Below, in pieces: positions 39,520-48,502 of a DNA stretch of 64,000 nt. The first letter of the stretch is position 1. Each line of letters opens with the position of its first letter. The stretch covers positions 1-64,000 of the forward strand of contig CATMOE010000006.1 of assembly GCA_950072105.1 (NCBI GenBank), read 5' to 3'. This DNA is from an uncultured Dehalococcoidia bacterium (GTDB lineage: Bacteria; Chloroflexota; Dehalococcoidia; Lucifugimonadales; UBA3495). Made by a program: the position numbers and the translations under genes. Below the pieces are notes generated by a model. That model was given only the letters and a program-made list of their open reading frames with translations. It was not told the DNA's origin and did not search any database.

Positions 39520-40818
39520 TCACGACAGCCCTGGAATAAAGGGCTTCACTATCGACAAGACGATCGAGACCGCGAAGAGCAACGCTCCCACTATAAGCAC
39601 GGTAAACGCCGGTGCGGCGAATCCTTGGGTAAGTTGCTGGCCGAAGGATAGGACGAGGTCGCTGATCAGATTGATCGCCGGGCCTGGAATACCCGGCGCA
39701 TTCGCGGTGATCTTGTCCACCCCGGTGATCAACCAATCCACCACTTTAGATTCGAGTATTTTACCGATGACAAATATCAGGCCGCCGGACACCAATAGGA
39801 AGATGCCGGGCCATCGCATCGCCGCGCTCAATTTGGGAAGGTGAAGAACGGCCAAAAGAATCGCCCCGCCGTACAACATCAGGGCCGCTAACGTGCCGCC
39901 CAAGGCCCGGTATTGCACAACCAATGCCTTGGCATCAGCCACTTCGACGCGGATCTCTTCCTCGGTAGAATCGCTACTTGACTCGGCCAGGACCCGAATC
40001 AGGTTTAGCCGGTCACCCTCGTCCAACCGTTCACGGATCTTGGCGACAGCGTCGTCAACCAGCGGCTCGGACAAGGGCCTGGCCGCTGCTTTTAACACTC
40101 CATGGGTATCCCCGGCGACGAACGCCGCCCGGATGTCGTCCGTGGAATTACCTAACGCCTGGGTTATCCGGCTATCCAAGGTGTCGTCGGCGAACAAGGC
40201 TGGGAAAGCTGCATCGAAGATCAGCACGCGGCACGGCTCGGCAATCACCTTGATGGATGGCAAGGAAGCTGGTACTTGGCCTACCGCCAGATTCCGGAAT
40301 ACTTCTTGGTAGCCGTCACCAACACTCTTCACGGTACCGGGATTACATTCAGCGGGGCCAGGATCCGCTTCGGGAATGCCATCTATACGCCGGTCAACGT
40401 AGTCTAGCAACGTGGGTTTTATCTTATCTATCGCCGACCCCATCTCCAAGTAAAGTTCCAGAGTGTCCAAGTCTTCGTTAAAATATGCCATCGCACGCTG
40501 AATCGCGCCCTCCACCTGCGACTGCAAGTATTCCGGAGGCAGCAACCCACGGACCAGCCCCACAACGTCCTCGGGACTCACCACTTTGACGTCCCCAAGA
40601 AGTTCTTGAACTTTGTCTTTCGCCTTTTGGTCCAGCAGAACATCGTCGTAGATCCGGTTGTAGGTATTCTGTTCCGCGATGGTATCGGTATAAAATTCGG
40701 CGTTCAGTAATTTATCGACGATATTATTCACGACCAACGTCAGCAGGAGTCCGGCGAAAATGGCGATACCCAGGATCGGAGTCGCCACGAATCGGAGAAT
40801 CATTAATGGCAGGCCCAT
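39520..40818 (-). CDS. Hypothetical membrane protein (N-terminal TM, large soluble domain, three C-terminal TMs)
   Basis: Long ORF with a clear hydrophobicity pattern; GGGAGG RBS. Confidence 0.75.
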   Translation of the reverse strand: MGLPLMILRFVATPILGIAIFAGLLLTLVVNNIVDKLLNAEFYTDTIAEQNTYNRIYDDVLLDQKAKDKVQELLGDVKVVSPEDVVGLVRGLLPPEYLQSQVEGAIQRAMAYFNEDLDTLELYLEMGSAIDKIKPTLLDYVDRRIDGIPEADPGPAECNPGTVKSVGDGYQEVFRNLAVGQVPASLPSIKVIAEPCRVLIFDAAFPALFADDTLDSRITQALGNSTDDIRAAFVAGDTHGVLKAAARPLSEPLVDDAVAKIRERLDEGDRLNLIRVLAESSSDSTEEEIRVEVADAKALVVQYRALGGTLAALMLYGGAILLAVLHLPKLSAAMRWPGIFLLVSGGLIFVIGKILESKVVDWLITGVDKITANAPGIPGPAINLISDLVLSFGQQLTQGFAAPAFTVLIVGALLFAVSIVLSIVKPFIPGLS

Positions 40819-41290
40819 AACTTATGCCAACCTCCCGGTCTTATCAGTTAAGAGTTCGTACTTTAAGCTTGATTGAAAAAATACAGTGACATGGTGCGGA
40901 ACAGGCACCATCCGGGATCATTGGCGCCCGACTGACGCCAGGCGTGAAACAACCCCGAATACGTCCGCATATCCGGCATTTATGGGATTGTAGCATAGCG
41001 ACTTGCTTAAATCATGGCCGCAACGAGTGCTGATAGGGCTTCAGTTTGAAGGCCAGCAGACTGGTTTTAGGAACGCCCTCGATAGCTCCTCGCGTGCTTC
41101 CCCAAAAAGTTTTCCACGCAAAATAGGGAATCGATACATCATGCGGGAGTCATGGAATCAGAGGAAGGCAGTGCGGACTAAACCGTGGGGAGTGATTCAC
41201 AGTATGACAATTATCGCGTCGCGAACCGGCTGAAGGCGATAAAACGGTGCGCTTCAGGCGGCATTTCGATGTGGTGTTCAGGGGCCTTCA

Positions 41291-41319
41291 TTGACACGTA
41301 CATAGGCTCGTGATATGTT
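41291..41319 (+). promoter_or_regulatory. Sigma70-type promoter of etfBA
   Basis: TTGACA-17bp-TATGTT preceded by TG. Confidence 0.55.
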
Positions 41320-41360
41320 TCACATAGTCTCGATTTTGCCGATTTTAAGGGGGAACTACC

Positions 41361-42161
41361 ATGCCGGTGAGCATCGCCGTCCTGGCCAAACAGGTCATCG
41401 ACCCAGAGATGCCCATGGCCGCTTTTCGCATCGACGCCGATGCCAAAGCAGTCGTCCCACCGTCTAACATTCCTCCTGTCGTCAACGGCTTCGACGAAAA
41501 CGCCGTGGAAGCGGCCTTACAGATCAAAGACTCCCAAGAAGCTTCTATAACCGTCATTTCCACGGGGACTTCTTTCGCCCTGGACGTTATGAAAAAACCC
41601 CTCTCCATGGGCGCCGACGAGTTGGTCTTGTTGCAGGACGACGCCTTCGAAAATTCCATCGACAGTTTTTTCACCGCCCAGTTACTGGCGGCAGCGATAC
41701 GCAAGCTGGGCGGGTTCGACCTGATCATCTGCGGCAGGCAAGCATCCGACTGGGACAACGCCCAAGTCCCGTTGGGGGTAGCCGAGATATTGGGCCTTTC
41801 ATGCATCTCATTGGGCAAAAAGGTGGAGATTAAGGATGGCAAGGTCTCCGTCGAACGGATCACCAACGACGGCTATGAAGTAGTGGAGGCGCCTCTCCCG
41901 GCTCTGGTTACCGTGAGTAACGAATTGGGCCAACCTCGCTACCCCACTCTGCGAGGCATCATGGCCGCCACCAGGAAGCAGCCTACTATCTGGAGTTCCT
42001 CCGACCTAGGCGCCGACGCCTCCCAACTAGAGCCCAGGGTCACGTTACAAGAACTGTTCGTGCCAGTGCGCGATCAACAATGTGAAATCATCGAAGGAGA
42101 TGACGCTGCCGATGCCGGAAGGCAACTGGCGCTGAAACTCCGCGAGGCCAAGCTGATCTAG
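41361..42161 (+). CDS. etfB: Electron transfer flavoprotein beta subunit
   Basis: KQVID, NGFDENAVEAA, MGAD, GRQASD and PRYP motifs. Confidence 0.95.
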   Translation: MPVSIAVLAKQVIDPEMPMAAFRIDADAKAVVPPSNIPPVVNGFDENAVEAALQIKDSQEASITVISTGTSFALDVMKKPLSMGADELVLLQDDAFENSIDSFFTAQLLAAAIRKLGGFDLIICGRQASDWDNAQVPLGVAEILGLSCISLGKKVEIKDGKVSVERITNDGYEVVEAPLPALVTVSNELGQPRYPTLRGIMAATRKQPTIWSSSDLGADASQLEPRVTLQELFVPVRDQQCEIIEGDDAADAGRQLALKLREAKLI

Positions 42162-42218
42162 CCAGCCGTCAGCTTTTGGCGGTCAGCTATCAGGACAAGA
42201 ATCCATTTCAAAAAGTGG

Positions 42219-42280
42219 TTCGACGAGCTCGCCACGAACGGAAACTGAAAACTTTGCCGTTCGTCCTGAGCCTGTCGAAG
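42219..42280. repeat. Palindromic intergenic repeat between etfB and etfA
   Basis: TTCGACGAGCTCGCCACGAACGG...CCGTTCGTCCTGAGCCTGTCGAA. Confidence 0.75.
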
Positions 42281-42300
42281 AACACAGAGGCGGAGGTAAC

Positions 42301-43299
42301 ATGGCGGACGAATCGGGCGTATTGGTCCTGGGTGATTCAACGGGCGGCGAGCTTAGCTCCACGTCCAGAGAACTGCTGACGGCCGGCCGCAAAGCAGCCG
42401 ACGACTTGGGCGAAGAGTTGGCCATCGGATTGCTGGGCGACACATTGGACCAACCGTCCCAACAGGCCATCAGTTATGGGGCCGACAAAGTCTACGCGGT
42501 TACCCATCCCCAATTGGCCCAATACCAAGTGGACCTTTACCTAGCCGCGATGGAAGCCCTCTGCCGGGACGTGTCCCCGCGCGTCGTATTGATCGGGCGA
42601 ACCAACGAAGGAAGGGAGCTTGCCCCTCGGCTGGCGTTCCGGTTGGGCGTCGGATTGGCCCAAGATTGTCTGGAGATATCGATCGATGCCGGGTCGAAGA
42701 CCCTGCTGGCCAACCGCCCGGTTTATGGCGGCAACGCCATCGCGGTGGTTCGGTGCAACTACACTCCTCAGATCGCCGCCATCCGCCCCAAGGTCTACGA
42801 GCCCTTGGACCCTGACTCCTCAAGACAGGGCCAGGTTGTGTCTTTCCCAGTGGAGTTGGACCCCTCCCAGGCCCGCAGCCAGGTGGTCAACGTGGTGGAG
42901 GAAGCGGCCGAGGGAGTTAAGCTGGAGGATGCGCGCGTCGTGGTCTCCGGCGGTCGCGGTTTGGGCGGACCCGAGCCTTTCCAGGACCTGGAAATTCTGG
43001 CCAAGCTGTTGGGTGGCGCCGTGGGCGCGTCCCGGGCGGCGGTAGACTCCGGCTGGGTCCCTTCTAGCTACCAGGTTGGCCTGACGGGTAAGACCATTAC
43101 CCCCGAGGTGTATATCACCGTAGCCATCTCCGGGGCCAGTCAGCACATGGCGGGCTGCTCCGGCGCCAAGGTCATCGTCGCCATCAACAAAGACGCGGAA
43201 TCCAATATCTTCAAGGAAGCCCGTTATGGCGTTGTTGGGGATTGGGAGCACGTGGTGCCCGCTTTCACCGAGGCGGTCCGCGAACTGACCCAGAGCTAA
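42301..43299 (+). CDS. etfA: Electron transfer flavoprotein alpha subunit
   Basis: SGGRG, GASRAAVD, QVGLTGK, ISGASQH and AINKD motifs. Confidence 0.97.
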   Translation: MADESGVLVLGDSTGGELSSTSRELLTAGRKAADDLGEELAIGLLGDTLDQPSQQAISYGADKVYAVTHPQLAQYQVDLYLAAMEALCRDVSPRVVLIGRTNEGRELAPRLAFRLGVGLAQDCLEISIDAGSKTLLANRPVYGGNAIAVVRCNYTPQIAAIRPKVYEPLDPDSSRQGQVVSFPVELDPSQARSQVVNVVEEAAEGVKLEDARVVVSGGRGLGGPEPFQDLEILAKLLGGAVGASRAAVDSGWVPSSYQVGLTGKTITPEVYITVAISGASQHMAGCSGAKVIVAINKDAESNIFKEARYGVVGDWEHVVPAFTEAVRELTQS

Positions 43300-43323
43300 G
43301 ACAGCACCTGGAGGGGTTATGCC

Positions 43324-44397
43324 ATGCTGAGACCTTCCGCTTCCAAAGCGACACCCGAAGAACTGGAAGGCTTCTACCGGGACCTGGAAACCTACAGCAC
43401 CGCTCCTCTCTGGACCCGGCAAGAACAGGCCCTGGTCAACGAGCCCAAGAGTAAAGCCCTACCCTACATATGGCGTTGGAAAGAGCTGCGTCCCCAAGCC
43501 ATGCGGGCGGCCGAGCTTGTGGGCACCGAGGACGCGGAGCGACGGGTATTGATGCTGCTGAACCCCGGCTTAGAGGGCCGCATCGCCACTACCAACAGCC
43601 TGTTTTCCGGCCTGCAGATCGTCATGCCGGGAGAGTCGGCCCGCGCCCATCGGCACACGCCGGCGGCTCTACGATTCATCATCGAAAGCGACGGCGGCCA
43701 TACCACCGTCGAAGGCGACAAGATACCCATGCTTCCCGGAGATCTGGTGTTGACGCCCAACTGGACCTGGCACGACCACGGCAACACCACCGGCAACCCC
43801 ATCATCTGGCTGGACGGTCTGGACCTGCCTTTGACCCACCTGCTGGAAGCCGTATTCTTCGAGCCCTATCCCGAGGACATCCAACCGATCACCTTTCCCA
43901 CCGATTCTTCCCTGACCGCCTACGGCTCCGGCGTGCTGCGTCCCGCCTGGGAAAAACCTCAGAGTACTCATTCGCCGCTGATGCACTATCCGTGGGACAA
44001 GACATGGTCGGCGCTGCAGGGCTTGGCCCCGGTGGCCGACGGAAGCCCATATGACGGAGTGATTCTGGAATACACCAATCCCAATACCGGCGGACCGGTC
44101 ATGCCGACAATGGCCTGCCATGCGCAGTTGCTGCGACCCAGCGAAGCCACCAAGGCCCACCGCCACACCGCCAGCGTCATCTACCATGTGGTTGAAGGGG
44201 AAGGCTATTCGATCGTTGACGGACAGAGATTGGATTGGAGCGAAAAGGACGTTTTCTGCGTTCCTGGCTGGGCTTTCCACGAGCACGTCAACTCGTCGGC
44301 CGCCAACCCCGCGGTGTTGTTCAGCTTCACCGATGCACCCGTCCTGCATGCCTTGAGCCTGCTACGAGAGCAACCCCATCCCCAAGAACACCAGTAG
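43324..44397 (+). CDS. Gentisate 1,2-dioxygenase family cupin
   Basis: ERRVL..NPG, AHRHTP.ALRF, TPNWTWHDH and WLDGLD motifs. Confidence 0.9.
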   Translation: MLRPSASKATPEELEGFYRDLETYSTAPLWTRQEQALVNEPKSKALPYIWRWKELRPQAMRAAELVGTEDAERRVLMLLNPGLEGRIATTNSLFSGLQIVMPGESARAHRHTPAALRFIIESDGGHTTVEGDKIPMLPGDLVLTPNWTWHDHGNTTGNPIIWLDGLDLPLTHLLEAVFFEPYPEDIQPITFPTDSSLTAYGSGVLRPAWEKPQSTHSPLMHYPWDKTWSALQGLAPVADGSPYDGVILEYTNPNTGGPVMPTMACHAQLLRPSEATKAHRHTASVIYHVVEGEGYSIVDGQRLDWSEKDVFCVPGWAFHEHVNSSAANPAVLFSFTDAPVLHALSLLREQPHPQEHQ

Positions 44398-44492
44398 GCG
44401 GCTGGAACCGCGTCAATGCTGGCAGCTACATCCCCCCTTGGGAAGGGGGCCCGACAGGGAGGTCGTGTCCTCCCTGGGAAATACTCGGCTCG

Positions 44493-45329
44493 CTACTCCA
44501 GAATAATGTTGTCGATCAAGCGGGGTTTGCCCAACTGAACGGCCACGGAAACCATTACGCGCCCCTTAACTATGTCTAACTCTTCCAGGGTTTCGGCGTT
44601 GGCCACACTAACGTAGTCGATGCGTTCGATCAACCCTTCGCTCTCCAACACCAGTCTGGTCTCCGAACGGATCCAACTGCCGTCGGTGATCCCCTCCTGC
44701 CAAAGTCTTTGCGCCAACTGTAACGCCCGGTAAACAACCGGCGCGGCCCGGCGTTGTTCCTCAGTGAGATAGGCATTGCGGCTGCTGAGGGCCAATCCGT
44801 CGCTGTCCCGCACCGTGGGAACCATCACTACCTCCACATCCAGGTCTAGATCACGGACCATCTTGCGGATAACCGCCGACTGCTGCCCATCCTTCTGCCC
44901 AAAATAGGCCCGGTCGGGACCGATGATGTTAAACAGCTTGGCAACCACCGTGGCCACTCCCCGGAAGTGGCCGGAGCGGTGCGCCCCCTCCAACCGGTCG
45001 CCCAGTCCGCCAACATCCACCCAGGTGTTGAATCCCGGCGGGTAGATCTCTTCAACACTTGGCGTGAACACCAGGTCCACCCCCTCTTCCCGGAGCAAAG
45101 CCAAGTCCCGCTCCAGGTCGCGGGGATAAGCCGACAGGTCTTCTTGGGGTCCGAACTGGGAAGGATTAACGAAGATCGTCGCCGCAAGGGTTGAGTTATC
45201 CTTGCGCGCTTGCTTCACCAAAGCCATGTGGCCTTCGTGAAGCGCGCCCATGGTAGGCACCAAGCCCAGGGGACGCTTGGCTGAACGGCAGGCTCTGGAC
45301 ATCTGGCGCCGGTTTTGGAGGACTTGCAT
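44493..45329 (-). CDS. panC: Pantoate-beta-alanine ligase
   Basis: VPTMGALHEGH, FVNPSQF, YFGQKD, GLALSSRN and RLIDN motifs. Confidence 0.98.
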   Translation of the reverse strand: MQVLQNRRQMSRACRSAKRPLGLVPTMGALHEGHMALVKQARKDNSTLAATIFVNPSQFGPQEDLSAYPRDLERDLALLREEGVDLVFTPSVEEIYPPGFNTWVDVGGLGDRLEGAHRSGHFRGVATVVAKLFNIIGPDRAYFGQKDGQQSAVIRKMVRDLDLDVEVVMVPTVRDSDGLALSSRNAYLTEEQRRAAPVVYRALQLAQRLWQEGITDGSWIRSETRLVLESEGLIERIDYVSVANAETLEELDIVKGRVMVSVAVQLGKPRLIDNIILE

Positions 45330-45410
45330 GAAGACGCCGTTTCTCCTTGAAGGCCGGTACTTTACCTCGACCCCAGGCCAAGCGGCAAGAGGGGTTGGGC
45401 GGGGACCTAT

Positions 45411-46250
45411 TTAGGGCAGGACGGTCAGGTTTTCCAAGATCGATTCGTCCATCCCAAAGCTTTGCTTATCGGTGGGGAAGGTTCCGCCTTCGACGTCCTG
45501 GACGTATTGGGCGAACGCCTCTTTTATCGACTCGGCCAATCGGGCATACTGTTTCGCGTGCTTAGGCACAAAATCGGTGAACAGCCCAAGCATGTCGTGG
45601 AGTACCTGGACCTGTCCGTCGCACTCAACTCCAGCCCCGATGCCGATGGTAGGCACGGTCAATTGTCTTGATATCAGACCTGCCAGTGGAGTCGGCACCA
45701 GTTCCAAGACAATGGCATAAGCGCCGGCAGCCTCCAGGGCTTTGGCGTCACGCAACAACTTGGCCGCCGCTTCCCGGTCCCGGCCCTGCACGCGGTATCC
45801 TCCAAAGGAGTTGATGGACTGGGGGATGAGTCCGATGTGGCCCATCACCGGTATGCCACTCTCAACCATCCGGTTTACTGTATCCGCCACGTTCTCGCCA
45901 CCCTCCAGCTTTACGGTTTGCGCGCCGCCTTCTTGGATCAATCGGGCGGCGTTGGCGAGTGCCTGGGACTGGTCTATGTGGTAAGTCATAAAAGGCATGT
46001 CGGCGACCACCAGCGCTTGCTTGGCGCCCCGGACCACGGCTTTGGTATGGTGCAAAATGTCATCCATCGTCACCTTGACGGTGGACTCGTAGCCCAGCAC
46101 AACCATGCCCAGGCTGTCGCCAACCAGGAGTATTGGTATCCCGGCTTGATCAGCCAGGCATGCCGAGGTGTAGTCGTAGGCAGTAACCATGGGTATCTTT
46201 TTACCGTCGGCCTTCATCTGGCCGATGTCCCTGATGGTCACCTTTGCCAT
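45411..46250 (-). CDS. panB: 3-methyl-2-oxobutanoate hydroxymethyltransferase
   Basis: TAYD, LVGDSLG, VKLEGG, MGHIGL and GIGAG..CDGQV motifs. Confidence 0.98.
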   Translation of the reverse strand: MAKVTIRDIGQMKADGKKIPMVTAYDYTSACLADQAGIPILLVGDSLGMVVLGYESTVKVTMDDILHHTKAVVRGAKQALVVADMPFMTYHIDQSQALANAARLIQEGGAQTVKLEGGENVADTVNRMVESGIPVMGHIGLIPQSINSFGGYRVQGRDREAAAKLLRDAKALEAAGAYAIVLELVPTPLAGLISRQLTVPTIGIGAGVECDGQVQVLHDMLGLFTDFVPKHAKQYARLAESIKEAFAQYVQDVEGGTFPTDKQSFGMDESILENLTVLP

Positions 46251-46355
46251 GCTTGCAACCTCCGGAAATTTGGGTATGCCGATGTTCGCCCTGGGGAACC
46301 GACTCCCCTCAATCCCCCGGTTTGGAAGGGGGATGCTAGGCCGCATGGCGTTTGA

Positions 46356-47246
46356 TTATTCGATGCCTATATAGTGGTCGACCAGTTCTTCTATGGCGGT
46401 CAATTGGCTTGGGCCCAGGCCGTGCCCTACCGCCAAAGGCAGGGAAGCTCGGGCCAGATTCCCGTACAGGGACACCAACTCGGGTGAACGTTGAAACAAC
46501 GCCTCCAAGTGGGAGCGAAGGGTCGACAGGTCGCCGCGGATGGCCGGCCCGGTGGCGCTGGGCAGCAACCCCTCTCGCGCCACGTTTCCCAGGGTGGCGG
46601 AAGACAAAGGCATCAAGGCTTGAATCGCTTGTTCTGGGGAGAAGCCCATCGTTTCCCAAAGGCTCACGGCTGTTTTCAGCAAAGCCACCAGATAGCCGCA
46701 CCCGAACACCGCGGCAGCGTGATATAGGGGACGGTCTTCGCCGGGGATGGATACGGAATGTCCGTCCAAGTCCTGGGCGATACTGTGCAGATATCCGCCG
46801 ATCCACCCTTCACCGTCTACCGCGAAAGTTACCCCAGACAGTCTGGCCGCGGCCTCTTCAGGGGAGGCCAGCCCGGCAAATGTCTGGAAGGGGTGGAAAG
46901 CTCCGGTCATCGCGCCCTGTTGGGCGGCGGATTTCAGCAACTCAATGGATGCCCCGCCGTAGCAATGGACCACTCCTTGGCCGAAACGCCAGTTCACCGA
47001 CCTCGATACGTCTTCGATAGCAGAATCAGGAGTGGTTATAAAGACCAAGCCGGAGGCATCTGACAGCGCTTGTGCCGAAGCGTATACATCGCAGCCGGGA
47101 ATACGGTCCGCCAACCACCGGGCCGAAGCTTCAGAGCGGCTATGTGCGCCGGCAACTCGATACCCCCGCTCCGCCAAAGCCAGGGAAAGTCCCCTGCCTA
47201 GCACCCCGATCCCGATGAATCCGATATCCAAGTTTCGGTTAGCCAT
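46356..47246 (-). CDS. panG: Rossmann-like/DUF2520 protein, PanG-type ketopantoate reductase
   Basis: GFIGIGVLG, TTPD, FHPFQTF, YHAAA and TGPAIRGD motifs; directly upstream of panB. Confidence 0.8.
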   Translation of the reverse strand: MANRNLDIGFIGIGVLGRGLSLALAERGYRVAGAHSRSEASARWLADRIPGCDVYASAQALSDASGLVFITTPDSAIEDVSRSVNWRFGQGVVHCYGGASIELLKSAAQQGAMTGAFHPFQTFAGLASPEEAAARLSGVTFAVDGEGWIGGYLHSIAQDLDGHSVSIPGEDRPLYHAAAVFGCGYLVALLKTAVSLWETMGFSPEQAIQALMPLSSATLGNVAREGLLPSATGPAIRGDLSTLRSHLEALFQRSPELVSLYGNLARASLPLAVGHGLGPSQLTAIEELVDHYIGIE

Positions 47247-48210
47247 GATTGATCTCACCGATGGACGGCACCCCGCCCAGACCGGTAGCTGTTTCCGCAG
47301 CCCGCAATACCGCCCGGGCGGTGACCTCGACGGAAGCGGCGCCCAATGCGGTAAGGTCCGAAGTTTGGGGACCCCGACCGGTGGCCATGGCGAACATGGT
47401 GTCTCCGTCCCTCATGGTGTGACAGGGCCGAATGGTTAGGGCCAAACCGTCGTGGCTCAAACCCGCCAGATGGTTGACCTCCTCCCGGCTCAGTAAGGCG
47501 TCGGTCGCGACCAGACCAATCGTCGTGTTGGTCATCGACGGACCTTCCTGGCTGCCGTCGTCTTCCAGGAGGATCTCCATCGGGTCCTCGAAACCGCCGC
47601 CTTCACGCCGGGGTCCAGCCATTAAGCGGCCCGTCTTATGGTCGTACAGGCCGCCATAGGCGTTAACCGCCACAATGGCGGCCACCACCGCGCCGCCGGG
47701 GAGCCGCAGGCTAGCGGAGCCGATGCCGCACTTGACCGCCGACGCGATCCCTCTGCCTTTTGCGACGGTTGCCCCAGTCCCCGCTCCTACGCTACCTTCA
47801 TCTACTGGACCCGCACCGGCGGCAAGGCAAGCGGCAAGGCCTTCTTCGGGACCGGGACGAACGTCATGGGCAACCAGGCCCAGATCGAATAGGATGGCCG
47901 CCGACACTATCGGGACGATGGCCGGTCCGGCTTCAAAGCCAACACCCTGCCCTTCCAGGTACCGCACTACCCCGGAAGCAGCGTCAAGGCCGAACGCGCT
48001 GCCGCCGCTGAGAAGGATGGCGTGGACCCGGTCCACTCGGTGGGCCGGCCTTAACAGGTCGGTTTCCCTGGTGCCTGGAGAGCCACCTCGAACGTCGACG
48101 CCGCCCACCGCTCCTTGACGGCAGATAATCACGGTGCAGCCGGTGGCATGGGCCCGGTCGGTGTAGTGACCGGCCTCCAGCCCTTTGACTGCGGTGATGG
48201 TGTTATTCAC
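47239..48210 (-). CDS. P1/S58 family Ntn hydrolase (DmpA/NylC-like)
   Basis: GHYTD, TGCTV, DVRGGSPGTRETD, GGSAFGL, GAGTGA, NTT and HT..DGD motifs. Confidence 0.9.
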   Translation of the reverse strand: MNNTITAVKGLEAGHYTDRAHATGCTVIICRQGAVGGVDVRGGSPGTRETDLLRPAHRVDRVHAILLSGGSAFGLDAASGVVRYLEGQGVGFEAGPAIVPIVSAAILFDLGLVAHDVRPGPEEGLAACLAAGAGPVDEGSVGAGTGATVAKGRGIASAVKCGIGSASLRLPGGAVVAAIVAVNAYGGLYDHKTGRLMAGPRREGGGFEDPMEILLEDDGSQEGPSMTNTTIGLVATDALLSREEVNHLAGLSHDGLALTIRPCHTMRDGDTMFAMATGRGPQTSDLTALGAASVEVTARAVLRAAETATGLGGVPSIGEINHG

Positions 48211-48256
48211 CCGGCCCTCCGGGCACGCTTGTCCCTTCCAAACAGCGATCCGAGCC

Positions 48257-48287
48257 AAACAAAAGGAAAGCCCCGACGCAGCGGGGC
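48257..48287 (-). terminator. Intrinsic terminator (attenuator) in the pan operon leader
   Basis: GCCCCG-CTGCGT-CGGGGC followed by TTTCCTTTTGTTT, between promoter and first gene. Confidence 0.7.
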
Positions 48288-48299
48288 GCAAAACATACA

Positions 48300-48385
48300 A
48301 CACTTTCGATTGTGGCCGTCTCGGTCGGCATAGGATCCCAGCGGCCCACCAGATTGCTGAGTCTACGACTGATGTCGCAGACCGC
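48300..48385 (-). ncRNA. Candidate pan RNA motif (cis-regulatory leader)
   Basis: Hairpins GTCTGCGAC-ATCA-GTCGTAGAC and GCCGCTGGGATCC...CCGAGACGGC upstream of a terminator and panBC. Confidence 0.55.
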
Positions 48386-48422
48386 TTGGTGCTCGCCCCC
48401 GCTACGGGTGGGCGGCCACCAG

Positions 48423-48451
48423 ATTGTAAGAGGGGCCGTTGGGAGTGTCAA
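48423..48451 (-). promoter_or_regulatory. Sigma70-type promoter of the pan operon
   Basis: TTGACA-17bp-TACAAT. Confidence 0.8.
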
Positions 48452-48502
48452 GCGGCACTAACTCTTCCGGGAGTGAGCGCAACTTAAGCCCGGCCAAGAC
48501 TT

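Noticed and set aside
41003..41233. 76-aa ORF between the membrane protein and etfB
   Set aside because: No RBS, atypical composition and no motifs.
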